Part shown: positions 1 through 10,818 of the stretch, in pieces | Numbering within the stretch: the first letter of the stretch is position 1 | Layout: each line of letters opens with the position of its first letter | Assembly: GCA_965113315.1 (NCBI GenBank) | Contig: OZ220364.1 | From: Podarcis vaucheri | Taxonomy: Eukaryota | DNA: 64,000 nt | Strand: one strand, 5' to 3' | The notes under the pieces: generated by a model | What the model was told of the DNA's origin: nothing | The model's input: the letters and a program-made list of their open reading frames with translations, nothing else | Database searches by the model: none | Made by a program: the position numbers and the translations under genes

Positions 1-323
1 TAGCTAGTTCACCAGGGACTGGAAACACATTATAAGTCAGCAGACTATTCAGGGAAGCAAGATCATGCTGGCTAGCAATGGACTCTAGCTGGAGGCTGAT
101 AGATAAAACTTAATGGCATGGAAGCAGGTTACCATAAACTGTGTTCCATACAGACTGTTCAGTCCAATTGCTACAGATGTACTAAGACAAACTTGCAATG
201 CTAACTGGGGGGCTGGGGGGGGGAACTACTGAAGCCTCCTAGACTGCAACCCTCTATCTTCCCATGTGGAATGAAGTCCCCAGAGACTCAATATATGCTT
301 CCAAATCTATTTCCAATTCCAGT

Positions 324-329
324 TTTATT
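324..329 (-). terminator. Candidate FN3KRP polyadenylation signal AATAAA (a second candidate lies at 527-532)
   Basis: tttatt on the + strand, 300-500 nt past the stop codon. Confidence 0.4.
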
Positions 330-824
330 TAGAATACGGCTGCTATATTCCTTTGGTATCTGTCACCAAAATACTAGGTTGAAAGCTAAGCAGGAGGACA
401 AGAAAAATCTTTCCATTCACTAAGACTGTAAATTTTCATTTGAATGTATATGTATGAACATAGCTAGCAAGTTGTTACCTGTTCTAATGCCTTGCTTGGA
501 TTTCTCCCTCTCTTTGGCATTAAAAATTTATTCCAAACTATTTGCACAGAAGGAATTTTTCCCTAGATCTATGGAACCACCTCAAAACAAAACCTCTTTC
601 GTGCAAATCAAAGGTTTGTTACCTCCTTGGGCATCTCTCTGATAAACTGCAAGAAGAGGACACCAAACCTAGGGCACAGGATGACGTGGCCTTCTGCTGT
701 GGAAAGAGGGTGCAAGCTCAGGTTCTATTACAGCATATACACATTAGCACAGTTGAAACCCCATGGTGTGTGTATATGTGTATATATTTTCCAAAACAGG
801 GAAATAAAACCTACAGGTAGGAAT

Positions 825-1163
825 TCAGTTGACCAAATTCCTCATTATATTGATAGATGAACCTCTGTACCCTCCGCCAAAATGATTCCAATGGTTCATA
901 TAGTGAAATAGCTGGTACAGCTTGAGCCGTTTATCAAACCCTGGTGCTTTGGGGATTTTGCTGTTGTAGGCAGAATAAAATGAACCACTGAAGCCACCAA
1001 ACATCCCAGCAATTGCTAACTCATACTCAGAGTGACCATAGAAAGCTGCAGGGTCAAAGATAACTGGCCCAGAGTCATCTTCAGCTACATTTCCTCCCCA
1101 CAGATCCCCATGTAGAAGAGCAGGAACTATTTCCATATCGCCAAACAAACTGGGCATCTTCAG
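825..1163 (-). CDS. FN3KRP: FN3KRP exon 6 coding part (339 nt including stop)
   Basis: [25 protein letters not shown]...[25 protein letters not shown]. Confidence 0.96.
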   Translation of the reverse strand: MKMPSLFGDMEIVPALLHGDLWGGNVAEDDSGPVIFDPAAFYGHSEYELAIAGMFGGFSGSFYSAYNSKIPKAPGFDKRLKLYQLFHYMNHWNHFGGGYRGSSINIMRNLVN

Positions 1164-4100
1164 CTGAAAAAGAAAGCAGGAGTTGCTAAAGTTAATTGTA
1201 AGGGGACTGGGTGTTCTAATTTGTGGCTTTAAACAGAAGACACATCAAATCCTGATACTGTATAGAGAAAAAGAGACAAACCTAGGGTGTGGACAACCTA
1301 GGTGCATACGATTCGAATTAAAGTAACATGAACAGTAGGGGGCACATCACATCCAAAAATTAAGTAACAAGATTTTCCAGAGTCTTGTTAGCATTTAAAC
1401 CAGATATCTGAGGTACTACTTTATCAAAAGGCTTAACGAAGATTTTTAAGCCTTTTGTATTTAATTTTTTAGAAATTCTCAGACATTCCTTCACACATTA
1501 TATAGCCACATAGCAGTGTTTATTTCAAGGAACAGAATGCTTATTTTAGTCTTTAATTGTTTTTAAAATGTACTATTGTGTATTCAAATAGCTCCTCCTC
1601 TCCTTTCAAATATTATTTGGTCTTTTTCACGTGAGGGCTCTTTTATGCCGCTATGGTATTGCTCTTCCACAATTAGTAGAGACCTCAGAGAGATGTGGGT
1701 GAAAGGACTCTTTTCCACTAGTTTATTAGGTTCTGGGGAGAAGAGGATCATGACATTTGCACAGAGAGTGTAGGTATTTCAAAAACTCTACACAATGAGA
1801 ACAACCCCACATATACGAATGTGACAATTCCCTCTATGGTCCCCATGGGACATCATTACCTGGAGTTTTGCCCAAAGTTCTCTTGCTTCCCTGTCTCCAG
1901 AGTTCTTCTCAATCATGTCCATCTGAGGTTGAATTCGTTGCCTGGCAAAGAAAGTCACCCAATCCTGTTGCCAGTCATTCACCTAAGCAAGCAAGTAGTC
2001 AAAAATTCAGCCAGTTTGTCTCTAAAAGGCCCTCTGATGAAAAATGGAAATAAGACAAGCAATTCATAAACCAGTTAAGCCATACCATTTGTATGGAGGC
2101 TCATCTAGACCTATTTACTTCTCTGGTGCTGAAATAGATTTAAATGGTTTGTGGATGAGACTTTCAGACTTTTACACACTTTACAAAAATATGAAATTAT
2201 ACACTTTTATACATAAAAAGAAGACTCTTGCTGTGTTAATTAGATATTAGCTACTGCTAACACAAACTCTTGACGCTGCATAAGGCACAGCAGTTGTTTT
2301 CAGGGGCATTCACTGGTGCAGCTGTAAACACCAACATCTACTGTTGTGTTAGCTGAAAGGTGAAGATTGGTTACTAATACCAAAAGTTATGACAGTAGCC
2401 CTGGAATCTTCATACCTAGTTACAGTTCTCTGAATTAATATTTAAAAGTCCTCCTATTCAAACATATTCAGCCTTTCCCAATTAAAGGAAAACTAGAAGT
2501 GAACAAAAAACTAAATGATTTCCTCAGTGTGGAAGAGCCATTAGTCCAGATCATACCTGTGGAAGATAGCCACAACATGTAACAGTGTGGAACCCGAATT
2601 TATCCACAAACTGGACCCCAGTTTGTTCTTCACCTTTACCTATTAAAACAGAGAGAAGTGGTGATTCGTCTGTTCTGAACAAAATAACTTTCTAAAAATA
2701 GGAAACTTTATTATGCTATCATTTAAAAACCTCCATTCAAAATAGAATGGCTTGTATTAATTATTATTACAGTGGTACCTCGGGTTAAGAACTTAATTCA
2801 TTCTGGAGGTCCATTCTTAACCTGAAACTGTTCTTAACCTGAAGCACCACTTTAGCTAATGGGGCCTCCCACTGTTGCCACCGCGCAATTTCTGTTCCCA
2901 TCCTGAAGCAAAGTTCTTAACCTGAGGTACTATTTCTGGGTTAGCGGAGTCTGTAACCTGAAGCATCTGTAACCCAAGGTACCACTGTATTATTATTATT
3001 AATATTAATTATTATTTAATTTATATACCACCCTATACCCGCAGGTCTCAGCTGCCACTAGCATGAGAACCATAAAGGTTGCTCCACTAAATCTTAAAAA
3101 CCTTAAAAACACAAAGCTTTTACTAAGTTTCTCTGTTTTCAGTTTTCAGCTACAACGAATTAAGTAAGATTCTGAGAAGTATGGAGTTGCTACCACTGGA
3201 GACAAAATCATGATCTGAATCAGGGGTGAGAAACCTCAAGCCTGGGGGCCAAATGCAGCTGCCCAGTGCTTTTCCCCCCAAGGGGTACTCAAGGGTACGC
3301 AGTAGCAGCACCTATTTTTGTTGCTTAAAAGTGTGACACTTACTGTAACAGCTTCATGGGGAGCAATTTTCAGGGAGAGCTGACTTGCCCCAGCTTGTTG
3401 GCATTTTAATATCTCTTTATGCATGCAATGAAGAGTTTCTAGGGGTTCTGCTACAGAGTTAGAGCAAAACAGCTGGGGGCATTGGCAGGTCATGGACAGC
3501 TGGGTACTTTACCAACAGTGTTTGCATCTTTCTTCAGCTTCTCCCCAACTTTTTGATTGTGAAGATGAAGATCAGCCAACTGTGTTCCAAGTTTTTCTGC
3601 ATGTCTAGTGGTGTAAAAAAGATACGTTTACAAAGCAACAAAAATTTGATGGTTTCACCATGAAACAGCATCTGGAAGGGCACATGTTTTATCCAACCCC
3701 AATTTAAGAGTTACCTATCTCTAAAGGACAGCAAGAAGGTTGTCTCATCCAGCACCTCAACACATTCACTGCATGCATTCAAGACATTATGATCCCTTAT
3801 AACACTAAGCCTCAGTGTTGCATGTGCTGGAAGCCCAAATATGGGGTTGTTTACCATACAGTGGCCTATTAAGTTACCTTGGACTTTGGGCAAGTAACTA
3901 TGAAAACTCCAGGTTTGGAGTTCTTGAAAGAAGTAGTATGTGTTGCATCGATCAGCATAAACTTTTGACCTGTTGGAAACTCAGCCAGCAATAGAGGAGG
4001 AATTTTGGTCCAGTGAGATGTCCCGTGATGACAAGCTGATCTGGAGGATTTAGGTGAAATTTGGCTTTGAGTGTGTGTCTCTGAAGTAATATGGGTTCTA

Positions 4101-6630
4101 TATCCAAACTGATAAATTTCTAACCAAACTGATTTGTTTGATTACAATAAAAATTGATTTATTGCATCAACTCTGAGTTTCCATTCCAAAATAAAAGATT
4201 AAAAGACTGTCAAGCTGTTACCAGCAGTCCAACAGAATCACCTACTGGGAAGCTCCCAATAAAATTATAATGGCACACTTTGAACGTAAATCTATGCATT
4301 CAAAGTCAATAAGATCCTATACACAAGTAAATGCATGATAATTAATTAATATATTAACATTGAAATCTCACCAAATTCTGTATATTAGAGAGCAAACACA
4401 GTAACTTGGAAAATGTTGTCTGTACCAAAGTTCATAAAGGAAGTTCAGTAAGATCAGGGTAATTTACCCTCCAATCCATAGTTGTCAACTTTTCCCCTTT
4501 CTTGCGAGGAATCCTATTCAGAATAAGGGAATTTCCGTTAAAAAAAGGGAAACGTTGACAGCTATGCTCCCATCTCAGACAAAGTTATAGCTTCATTATT
4601 TAGAGCAGAACGCAGCTCTCCAGGCTTTTCTGTTTGGCCCTATTTGGACTCTCCTGTCATGCACCTTCCCAGTCCACAACCATGACGGGGCCTGCTCCGC
4701 ACTCTAATGTGCTTTTGCCTGGCTGCAAAGTCCTTGAACTGTGATAAAGGCCCCTTGTCCACCTGGAAAAATGGAGACGTGAGAAATGGTCTGAGTTTTG
4801 CATGGCTAGCACATAGCCTACGCCACAAACCTGAACGTCATATCCATGGTTCTACCCACTTTTGCTTCTGTCCCCGGTCACCACTGACATTCAACCTCTG
4901 GAAGGTTGAGTACAATGGAATGCAGCTGTCAGGCTGAAGGAGATACCCCAACCCCAATTTAGAATACATGGCCGCATGCTGGTTGCAGCTCAGACTGAAG
5001 CAAAGCAATAATAAATTTAACATTTTTGAATGAACTCTTGGGTCCTCTTTCTCCTCTTATGGGCCAAAATGTTATCCAACTTTGGTTCACATCACTGCAG
5101 AAATGAATAGTAAATATGATTAATTTGTATTAACTTGTTTTCTTCAAGGTGGTTTACATGATACTGATTTTCCTCCTCGAATATGCAAGTAAATCACAGC
5201 AAGAAATTGAGACAGAGATTACCTGTTCAAACCCCTCATATCCAAATGCTCCATCACAAACAGAGTACCACCAGCCGGGAGATCGATAACTTTTATAGGT
5301 TTTGGAACTTTCACAGTCTTCGTTTGCAGGATAGCTGTTAAACTTGCCATTTCTCCATCAAACATTCTCCTTGCCTGTCAGATAAAATAGCGGGTGGGGA
5401 CTTCTGTAAACACTTTCACATACAAAACTTTCCAGCATATGTCAGATTTAAAAGAAAAATAATAATCTTAGGAGCCTGCATGCACAGCACATTTGCCCCT
5501 TTCTGGGCACATCTGCCCTTTCAGCACTAAATCAGAGAACAATTCACAACACAGCAGCTATTATGTAGCAAATTGCCAAGCCATGTCTGCTCATTCCTTC
5601 GTTAACACTAGCTATCAAAACCTCTGCCAATCATGCCTCACAAGTGGCCATTTTCTAAGAGGAGAGACAGCATAAAAAGAATGCCTAGCACAAATCCTGA
5701 TACTTATGCAAGTTAGTTTCCTAGCGGAAACAAGGCACCCTGCATGTGATCACGGGTACTCTCATTTCCTATTTCACACGTTTCACCGTGTGTACAAAAC
5801 CATTGCTTTTTAAATGGGCTCCTAAGGCCCTGGGCTCAGATTAAAGCCCTGCCAAGATGTCCTGTTAGACCAGGCATCCCCAAACTCAGCCCTCCAGATG
5901 TTTTGGGACTACAACTCCCATCATCCCTAGCTAACAGGACCAGTGGTCAGGGGTGATGGGAATTGTAGTCCCAAACCGTCTGGAGGGCCTAGTTTGGGGG
6001 GGTGCGTGTGTTAAGACACTTCCTCAAAAGTAAACCTCCACTTCGCTGCAGTGGTGGGGCCCACGAGATGGATGGCGAGAAAGCCCCTCTCTAGCTCCGA
6101 CTTTAGCAAGTCCGCCAACGAACACACAGCCAGGGGCACCACAACTCGTCCGCAGGCGCTTTCTTTCTTTCGGCCGCGACACCATTGCTTTTAAACAGCT
6201 GCCTGCAGGGCAGGAGAAGTAAACCATTGACACAGCCTCGTCGTCGCGTCACTGTGACGGGTTACCAGCTCGCTCTGTGCATTTGCGCCTATGTCAGGCC
6301 ACTTTGCAAAAAAAAGCAAACAACATGGGAGTGCTATTCAGCAAAGGGGAGTAAACAGCAATTCGCCTTCTTGCAGCACGGCTTTTATTCGACCCTTTGC
6401 ACTTCACTGCCCATCGCCCACACCCGCCTTCCCCACCGAGAGTACTACCCGCCGGTACTTTTCCCCTCCGGTTCTTTCCCCCCCCCCACCTCTGCGCGGG
6501 AGTTGCTTTTCACGAAGACGCGCCCGTGGTCGGTGTGGTAACTCTCGCCGTGGCTAATGCAGCCGCCCCCCGAGTGGCCCGTAGGCCGGAGCGCCGAAGT
6601 ACCCAGCTCGCGCCGCAGAGCTTCCTCCAT
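825..6630 (-). CDS. FN3KRP: Ketosamine-3-kinase (fructosamine-3-kinase-related protein), complete 6-exon CDS, 309 aa
   Basis: Exons 6490-6630, 5223-5374, 3513-3604, 2557-2639, 1860-1982 and 825-1163 are all GT-AG and sum to 930 nt. N-terminus [10 protein letters not shown]...[10 protein letters not shown] is FN3KRP-type with P-loop Cys24. Catalytic [10 protein letters not shown] and IFDPA motifs are present. Confidence 0.96.
1860..1982 (-). CDS. FN3KRP: FN3KRP exon 5 (123 nt)
   Basis: [41 protein letters not shown]. Confidence 0.95.
2557..2639 (-). CDS. FN3KRP: FN3KRP exon 4 (83 nt)
   Basis: [27 protein letters not shown]; tag| and |gtatga. Confidence 0.93.
2770..2987. mobile_element. Tc1/mariner (pogo/Tigger-like) MITE, subfamily A
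   Basis: TIR CAGTGGTACCTCGGGTTA / TAACCCAAGGTACCACTG; TA target duplication within a (TAT)n run. Confidence 0.85.
3513..3604 (-). CDS. FN3KRP: FN3KRP exon 3 (92 nt)
   Basis: [30 protein letters not shown]; tag| and |gtaaag. Confidence 0.95.
4477..4566. mobile_element. 90-bp hAT-type MITE
   Basis: TIR CATAGTTGTCAAC / GTTGACAGCTATG; 8-bp TSD ctccaatc / ctcccatc (7/8). Confidence 0.75.
5223..5374 (-). CDS. FN3KRP: FN3KRP exon 2 (152 nt)
   Basis: [29 protein letters not shown]...[10 protein letters not shown]; cag| and |gtaa boundaries. Confidence 0.95.
5871..6008. mobile_element. Palindromic hAT-type MITE
   Basis: Fold-back arms ccctccagatgttttgggactacaactcccatca / tgatgggaattgtagtcccaaaccgtctggaggg; near 8-bp TSD tgttagac / tgttaaga. 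Confidence 0.8.
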
Positions 6631-6910
6631 CCCGCCGCAGAGACCCGGGGAGAAAGAGGCCGGCCGCTAAGAGGCAGCTCGCCCCTCCCGCCGAACCGCA
6701 GGCCCCGCCCCCTCCGGAGGCCTCCGTGGTCTTGGCCGCCCGCTGAAATGGCGGGATGGCAGCAAGCGCCCACCAGGGGAGAGAGCGCGCCTCTTGGCAG
6801 GGCGGCGCCTGCGAAAGGGCGGGTCACTGCCTTTGAGGGAAACGGGAGCAGCGACCTTTTCCTCCCCTTTTCTTCTGCCTCACGCGTGTCGTGTGGGGAG
6901 GCCGTATTTT
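6100..6910 (-). promoter_or_regulatory. CpG island / promoter of FN3KRP
   Basis: GC- and CpG-rich block over exon 1; GC box ggccccgcccc at about 6701-6711; YY1-like AAATGGCG at about 6746-6753. Confidence 0.8.
6490..6630 (-). CDS. FN3KRP: FN3KRP coding exon 1 (141 nt)
   Basis: [10 protein letters not shown]...[10 protein letters not shown]; donor GAG|GTGGGG. Confidence 0.95.
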
Positions 6911-7416
6911 AAAGGAGTGGCTTGGTTGCTATTTGAGGTCTCCGCTTATCTCCGCACCTGTACTGGATAAATATATACTATAAAGCGCATGTATATATAT
7001 ATTTTATTTTAATTGGAAGGTCATATGTATGTATGCCTCGGTCAAACGCACCATTAAATGGACTCAAGGGTGCCATCTTAAATAAAATATTTGGGGAGGA
7101 GCAGGTAAACCTCCCCCTGCATAATGGATCATAAGTTCCAGCCCATGCACACCAAATGCATAGCAATGCCCATCAGCATATGTGGGGCTCAAATATTTTA
7201 CTGAGGGGGGGGGGGGCAAGGGACCTTGGACTCTAGGAGTTGGTTTGGGGGGAAATGGAGTTGCAGGCCAATTGGGAAATGGAGTTGTTGGCCAAAATTG
7301 AACCAAAATGGTGATTCAGTACAGTTGCAAACTTGCACAGGTAGCCCCCTAGATCCTGTTGTGTACCCATTGGCTTGCCAGTGAGTTAAGAGATGCTGTG
7401 CGGCCTGCCCTCCACT

Positions 7417-7585
7417 CAGTGGCGTAGCGTGGGTTGTCAGCACCCGGGGCAAGGCAAGTAATTTGCGCCCCCTAACCCATGGATTTGCGCCCACTAACCC
7501 GTGGATTTGTGCCCCCTAACCCTATCCCCCAGATGTTGTGCCCGGTGCGGCCGGCCCCTCCTGCACCCCCCACGCTACGCCACGG
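7417..7585. mobile_element. hAT-type MITE with perfect 8-bp TSD
   Basis: TIR CAGTGGCGTAGCGTGGG / CCCACGCTACGCCACGG; TSD cctccact at 7409-7416 and 7586-7593; three internal ~22-bp tandem units. Confidence 0.85.
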
Positions 7586-7617
7586 CCTCCACTAATAGGG
7601 GGGTATTTGTCAAGCCT

Positions 7618-7750
7618 TAGGGCTGCTATATATCTGGGATTCCCCAGACATTACCAGGATGTAGTGATATGGGGGGGATTTGTCCTGGAGGTTTGTCCTG
7701 GAGTGTCTGGGGGTGTCTGGATTTTTACTTCTTGAAATAGGGCAACCCTA
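7618..7750. mobile_element. hAT-type MITE (TAGGGTTGCC-type ends)
   Basis: TAGGGCTGC...GGCAACCCTA; TSD tcaagcct / ttaagccc (6/8). Confidence 0.6.
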
Positions 7751-8599
7751 TTAAGCCCAACATTCTAACTCCTGCCTTACACTTAAATACACACATACAC
7801 AGAGTGCTGTGTTGCGCTTCAGACTACCGGTAATATTTGGAATACAGTCCTACCCTGTCCTTTTTCTACCCTAATGAGGATGTCTTTCTAGGACACAGTG
7901 ACATTCCAGGGACATCCCTAGTGGTCAACTTTCTGTTTAATTAAGGTTTATTTCTGTAGAGCAGCTGGCTTCCTGGGCTGGAATTATTTAGTGAGTCATC
8001 AGTTAATACATACATACCAAAATAAAAAAGGACAGCAGCTGTGTACTGGCTGACAATATCTACCAGAAAAGAGAAGGTAATTGGTATGTGCTGCCTTTCA
8101 TTTGCTAGGTTTAGATGTATAAATGGAAAATACCTCTTATCTTTTTCTACTAGAAGCACCACTATAACTGCATGTTCATGTCTCTGGGTAGGTTGAAGGT
8201 TAGTTCAGGAAGGATGCAAGCATTTTTACAAGCCATCTCCCAAACCTGCTAGTTTCCTGTGCACAGAGAGCATTCAAACATAAAATCCCCCATCTCCTTT
8301 CTAAATTGTACAGTGACATACCCTTTAGTAATGTATAAATCATTATTCCGACCAATGAGATGTTAAAGTTCAGTGACTCAGCTAGTTTCTGAGAAAAGAT
8401 AGTCTTGCGAAACGAAAAAACATGACAATAACAAAAAAAATACTGTTTGTATTTTGTGACTTCATGTTATTCTTATCTGCCTGGATGTGGATCTTTCATT
8501 CCAAGTCTTCTTCTCCTCAGTCCCTCTCATGCCTGTTGACAGCACTATTTACCTTACTGATAAGGGACACAGCCTAGCTTCATAGGTTATTTTTTCTTT

Positions 8600-9110
8600 T
8601 CCTTTGCTGTTAACATTTGTCCCATTGCCAAGTCTTGCTGCTTCTCTTTTATAAATATGCCCATTCTCTTCAGTCCCCTCTAGCTCATGCTAGATTACTT
8701 CGTTCCCTTACTATTGCCAGTTTCTCTTCTCTAGCCTTCCTCTTTCATTCTTCAGTTCTTACCTCTATCCAAAATTCGACTTCCAAATATATTCATCTCT
8801 ATTGTATTAAACAGCCTCTTCAAACCACTTCTGACTTCTCATACTTATCTGCTATGTGTGCCCTGTTCTTAACTTGAAAATCTACCCAGCACTTTGACCA
8901 CACCAAGCTCTTGACCCTGGCTTTTCCTTAAATCTCCACCTATGACCTCTGCTTCTCCAACTCCAACAATCTCATCCAGCCAAAGGTCTCATGCTTCTTT
9001 CAATTACATGCCCATTCTTCCTTGCTGCCCCCACAACATAGGGTGAATACATATGCCATTTGTCCATTCCTTCTAATCTTTCTTAGATCTTATCTTCCAC
9101 GTGGCCTTTG
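8600..9110 (+). mobile_element. Old L2-like LINE 3' fragment (boundaries approximate)
   Basis: Pyrimidine-rich degenerate sequence resembling L2 3' ends (ccattcttccttgctgcccc). Confidence 0.35.
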
Positions 9111-10517
9111 ATTTATCCTTTTAATATACATTCCCAACTGCAACCCAGTTTTAAGTACATGCAACATTTGCCCACACATTTCTCTCTCTCAGTCCTCAGT
9201 TTCCATACTTTCTGTTTTAGATTTAAGCACCTTGGAAGCAGGTTGCTACCTGTGTTATCCATGTAATTATGTATGTACTGTACAGCGTGTGCACAATAAC
9301 AGGGTATCAATAAATAACAACTGCTTCCTTTAAACTTTAAACTTGTGAGGTGTAAATCCACCCAACAATCCTGCCAGGTGAAGGGCATATGGTTTGCCAC
9401 TGTTGGAGGCAGAATTTACGGTAAATCATGGTTGATCTGATTCTACATTTGTCCTTATGAATGTCATTCTAGAATAGTTTGTTAGCAGAATCATATACTC
9501 TACTGCCTCTGAGCCCTGCTCTGACATTTCGTTCTGTACGCTGCAGTTCCAGTCGTCACCCTTATCCAGAGGCCATGATTTTCTCTATTTTGTAAGCCCC
9601 AGTTCGACAGACGTGGGCTGGAGGCTGGACTCCAACCGGAGAGCGCTAAAGCGCGCTCACGCGTAACTGCACAGCAGCACATGCCTCATCCTCCGATGTG
9701 TAAACACAGCCGCGCAGCGCCCAGCGCCACAGTGACGGGCGTGCGCGCCAGCCAATGCTACGGAAGAAATACCCCAGCAACTGAATTGTTGGTGCTTGAG
9801 GGGGCGGGTGCGCGCCCGCCAATGCCTTCGGAGAGGTGGCGTTCGGAAGCCGAGCCGTACCAATGGGAAAAAAGGAGTGTGGGGGCGGGGCCCTTTTCTT
9901 CCAATGGCAGCGGCGGAGGGCGTGGCCTCGGGAGCCGCGCCCCCATGGGCACAGGAGGGTAGGTGTTGGTTGGAGAGGCTGTCACTGGGTGTTGCGCTGG
10001 GAGCGAGGTCGGTCGGTGGGGAGGCGGCGGCGGCGGCAGCGACGGCAACGGCGCCTCTCGAGGGGCTCGAGCAGCGGCGAAGAGTTGTGGCGACGGCAGC
10101 CGAGAGGGTCCCCCGTTGCCTTCCTCGGCAAGCACAGATCCTATTCCCCCGTTCCTCGTCGGTCGTGACGGGCTCTCCCCTTCTTCTCTTTCGCTGCGAC
10201 TGAGCGCGCCCAGCCAGGCAGGTTGGACGGGAGCGGCCGCCTTCGGTTCTCTTGGTCGTCGGCTGCGCCAGCCTAGCTCCACGCATGCCGGCCTCGTGGG
10301 TGCGTGGCCGCGGATGGCGCCGTTGAAAAGTCCTCCTCCGCTGTCACGGTTGTGCGGGGACCTCGCGGCGCCCACTGCCTCTCGCCTCCCACTGCTGGCA
10401 ACGTGAGGCGACCCCCTCCTCCTCCTCCTCTTGGCGGCAATCTCTGCTGCTGCCCCCGGCTACGCGCTCTGCGGGGCGGCTTCTTCGAACATGCCTTTGC
10501 GCCTGTGCTGCTGCTCT

Positions 10518-10544
10518 CCGCCGCCGCCGCCGCCGCCGCCGCCG
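10518..10544 (+). repeat. (CCG)9 trinucleotide repeat in the RAB40B leader
   Basis: Direct reading. Confidence 0.95.
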
Positions 10545-10676
10545 TCCGTGACGCTCTCGGTGCCGCCACAGCTGGTCGTTGGGTGCCTCTCATGGGCGCT
10601 GGGAACTGACTCCCCGCAGGGACTTCTGTGAGGCCGAAGGGAGAGAAGGAGGAGCGGGGAGCGGTGGCGAAAGAGG

Positions 10677-10818
10677 ATGAACCACGTGGGCAGCCCTGTG
10701 AAAGCTTATGACTTCTTGCTGAAATTCCTGCTGGTGGGCGACAGCGACGTGGGCAAAGGAGAGATACTAGCCAGCCTGGAGGATGGAGCCACTGAGTCGC
10801 CTTACGGGTACAATATGG
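10677..10818 (+). CDS. RAB40B: RAB40B coding exon 1 (142 nt)
   Basis: [31 protein letters not shown]...; donor TGG|GTAAGC. Confidence 0.95.

Noticed and set aside
4025-4084. GTGATGA...CTGA pair resembling a C/D box snoRNA
   Set aside because: Antisense to the host gene, with no terminal stem and no recognisable guide sequence.
6185-6912. 118-171 aa plus-strand ORFs over FN3KRP exon 1
   Set aside because: Antisense shadows of a GC-rich exon and promoter.
9657-10593. Several 100-209 aa ORFs on both strands upstream of RAB40B
   Set aside because: Low-complexity Ala/Arg/Gly/Pro translations in all frames are expected from stop-poor CpG-island DNA; no recognisable domain.
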